From NCBI GenBank assembly GCA_050575255.1, contig JBNZDD010013634.1, forward strand, positions 1,469,269 through 1,533,268: 64,000 nt of DNA. Reading direction: 5' to 3'. Under the pieces are notes generated by a model that searched no databases, was not told the origin of the DNA, and saw nothing but the letters and a program-made list of their open reading frames with translations. Numbering within the stretch: position 1 is the stretch's first letter; each line of letters begins with the position of its first letter. The translations under genes were made by a program, and so were the position numbers. Shown here piece after piece: positions 61,201 to 64,000 of this stretch. The stretch is from Harriotta raleighana (taxonomy: Eukaryota).

Positions 61201-62034
61201 GAATGGTTTTATCTGCAATCTCATACTCAGATTGTGTTAATACTTTACTAAGATTCAACATTCAGAACTGAATTAACTTTCTGCCTCTTCAGTATTTTAT
61301 GGTTATGCTGAGCAAGTGAGTAGACACAATTTTTTGTTTCATCAAAAAGACCCCAACCTGTACTATACAGTAGACATCAAGCTACCGGTTTAATTGCTGC
61401 AATAATGTCAGTGCTCTGTAGAAAAGGATTTAAATGATCAAATCCAGTCCTGTACTATGCCCATAGCAGCTGGCTCAATGACAAGTCAATTAACTTTTGA
61501 TTATAATCAATTCAATTTTAAAAAGTAATGAATTGTAAAGCCCTGTGCACATGGATACATAATGATACCATGGCAACTTGTTACAAAATACAAAACACCA
61601 AATATCGGTCACCTCCACCAACACCCACCCACCCACCCACCCCCATCACCAATGCACCCCCCAAAAAAAGTTACATCTTTGCAAGGCTCAAAGCACCCAG
61701 TCGCACAAACTCACCCTACAAGTTGTTAACTGAAACAGTCCAGCTGTTTGCCTTAATGCAGACTTAATCAATAGTGATTTTTAGGTAGTTCAATAGGTGT
61801 AACAATTTGAAAGGCAGTCAATTCAGACTTCAAACACTCAGCTTGTAGAGGCATTTCATTTTAGAGCACATCTGGACGCCAGCCAGACAGAATGATCCAA
61901 CTTCTGAAACCGTGCAACTAACGTGCATTTCTGTTAAACACAATGCCACAATCTGTGCTGTGGAACCCCGTCTTATATAGTTTTGTTATTGTGCTTAGTG
62001 TTGTTGGGAATAACTGACCTGAAGCCTCCAAACA

Positions 62035-62155
62035 AGCATTTCAAGCCGCTTTCGCCCGCAAAATACACAGACAATTCGCTTTACAATTTGTTATCTCAAC
62101 GACGTGATAAGGCAGGCAGGCGCTCTATCAAATGCAAGGATTATTATTATTATTA
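62035..62155 (+). mobile_element. SINE 3' half
   Basis: TTTCGCCCGCAAAATACACAGACAATTCGCTTTACA..TCTCAACGACGTGATAAGGC..ATCAAATGCAAGGATTATTATT. Confidence 0.8.
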
Positions 62156-63479
62156 GACAGGTAAAATGGGCAAAGAGAGCAAAGGCAAGAGACCCAGGTT
62201 TCAAATTTCCTGTATATTATTTCAATACTAGTTTCTAGAAAAATAAGTTCCCTTCAATTGCTGTAACCCACCAGTGCTTCTGCTGACTGTACCTGTACAG
62301 CAGCCTCACCAAATCACTGGGTGGCCAGTTCAGAGCACAAAATGAAATAAAAAGTACCTGCCCCATTACAGGTTAAAGGCAGAGGATAACAGCGGGTTTA
62401 AAAAACTATTTTAATGTAAATGTCATCTCTGTGTAAATTGAGATGAGGGAAAGAGAGCTTTTAGCACACTAGTGGTTGCTCACGCTTTGCGGCTATAAAT
62501 TTGGTTTCAATCTCTCCAGTCTATTTTGGGTAGTTTTTAAAAACAATCAACCCACCCTTACTATTGCAGCTAAGTTCAACAGGCGAGAAACGCAATAGGG
62601 TTAAAGGGAAAAATCCAGCTATTACTCACAATGACTGCTTGAACCCAGCAAGCAAAGGGTGAAGCTTTTAGGCAATAAACAGCAGGTGATCTCGCTCTTC
62701 TGGAAGTCCTAATGCTTCTAAAAGCCACTCTCAGTGTACTGTAATTGGGCTTCAGTAGTTAATGTAGTATTGACTGCATTATATGGTTCTGTGTATCCTC
62801 TTTTACTAATGCCATTTGTATCGCCTTTGTACATTTACCATACTGCTTAGCCAATATCTGTTAAAAGCAATCCAAATCATGAATCATGGGCAAAAACTTT
62901 TAGCAAGACAGACACATCCAAACGCAGGAAATTTACAGTTCACTTGGTAACAGAGTCCATTTAGAGAGAAGCAGGATTTAGTACGGCTGAGCAAACTCTA
63001 TTTTTTATTATTATGGGGGGGGGGGGGAAGAGAGAGAGAGAAAAAGAATTGCAACTGATCAAAAACACACAGCAGCTCTCTCTCGTCTCTTCTCTCCATT
63101 TGTCCCATTGATTAGTCTTAGTGAACACTAACTAACTTGTCCAGCCACATCTTGCTCAGAGGAGAGGGGTCAGTGTGCATTTGGGGGTGGGTGGGGGTAG
63201 TAAATACTCAGCTATATTTTTTAAAGAAAATAAACCCCAAACACATGCTCTAAAACTAAGACTTTTAGCGCTCGACGCCTATTTATTTACCCATCAGATC
63301 TCAAAGAGTTAAAATGAGCATCTTTGCTGGCCAGTCCCGTACAGACAGCAAGGGGTAAGGGGGGAGACACTGGTCTTGTTCACAAGAGGCAGATTACACC
63401 CAGCAATGGGGAGTGGGGGGGTGGGGGGAGATCACACACTTTAAACACGTTTTTGCGGCTGGTAGATTATTAAAGAGGG

Positions 63480-63480
<1 letters not shown>

Positions 63481-63514
<34 letters not shown>

Positions 63515-63602
63515 GGAAGCCTGAGGAGATGTGTGTGTGTGTGTTATTAGTTACAAGAGCAAAAAATATAAATCCAAAAGGATTTTTGTGTGTGTGTGTG
63601 TG
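63481..63602. repeat. Cluster of (TG)n microsatellites
   Basis: (TG)14 at 63481-63508, plus runs at about 63530-63544 and 63587-63602. Confidence 0.95.
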
Positions 63603-64000
63603 GGGGGGGCAGAGGAGGGGAAGCAATTGTGTCAGTTTCATCACCTTAGCAACGGGACAAGCGCTCAGGCAGCTCCAGCGACTGATCCCGACGTGAAACA
63701 AGGACACAACTGGATAGAGCTGGGATCTGTCTCTCTCTCTCTGTCTGTCTTTAGGAATACGATAGAGCGAAAGGGGACAGAGAGCGGGGGGGGGACATTG
63801 AGAGATGACTGATATCGCCCGGTGTAAAGCCTCTGCCGCAAATTTCATTTCACTGCCAGAGAAGAAAGAGTGAGAGAGAGAGAGAGTGAGAGACCTGCTC
63901 AACTTTGCGATGGGAGGGAGCTAAGCCAGTTTGCAAGGCAGATTAGTGAGGTACTGTGTGTGTGAGTATATATATATATATATATGCACACTTCAAGCAG

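Noticed and set aside
63441-63902. 153-aa ORF with HTHT/SLSL repeats
   Set aside because: Translation of dinucleotide microsatellites
50924-64000. Orthologue of the GATA-site neuroblastoma enhancer in human LMO1 intron 1
   Set aside because: There are many GATA motifs and none can be assigned without an alignment

Overview
AT-rich vertebrate genomic DNA, most likely a cartilaginous fish. The dominant tRNA-derived SINE looks like the chimaera/elephant-shark SINE2-1_CM type, recognised from memory rather than by search. Two genes are visible. (1) At 1-4200 on the + strand is the 3' end of an apparently non-coding, spliced snoRNA host transcript, built from about four tandemly duplicated cassettes. 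Each cassette has an intronic box C/D snoRNA of the SNORD35/U35 family (guide complementary to 28S rRNA AGACCGUCGUGAGA) and a short non-coding exon; a terminal exon with AATAAA follows. (2) On the - strand are coding exons 2-4 of LMO1 (50923-50710, 43034-42909, 41231-41126) and its 3' UTR; exon 1 probably lies beyond the right edge. The rest is intergenic or intronic and carries many SINEs, CR1 and L2 LINE fragments, Deu-domain SINE relics, putative MITEs, microsatellites, several locally templated inverted or direct duplications, and a 962-bp duplication around an N that is probably an assembly artefact. Almost all ORFs in the supplied track are spurious; the exceptions are LMO1 exon 2 and the CR1 remnants. 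Repeat boundaries are approximate, and family names for repeats come from recalled consensus motifs.
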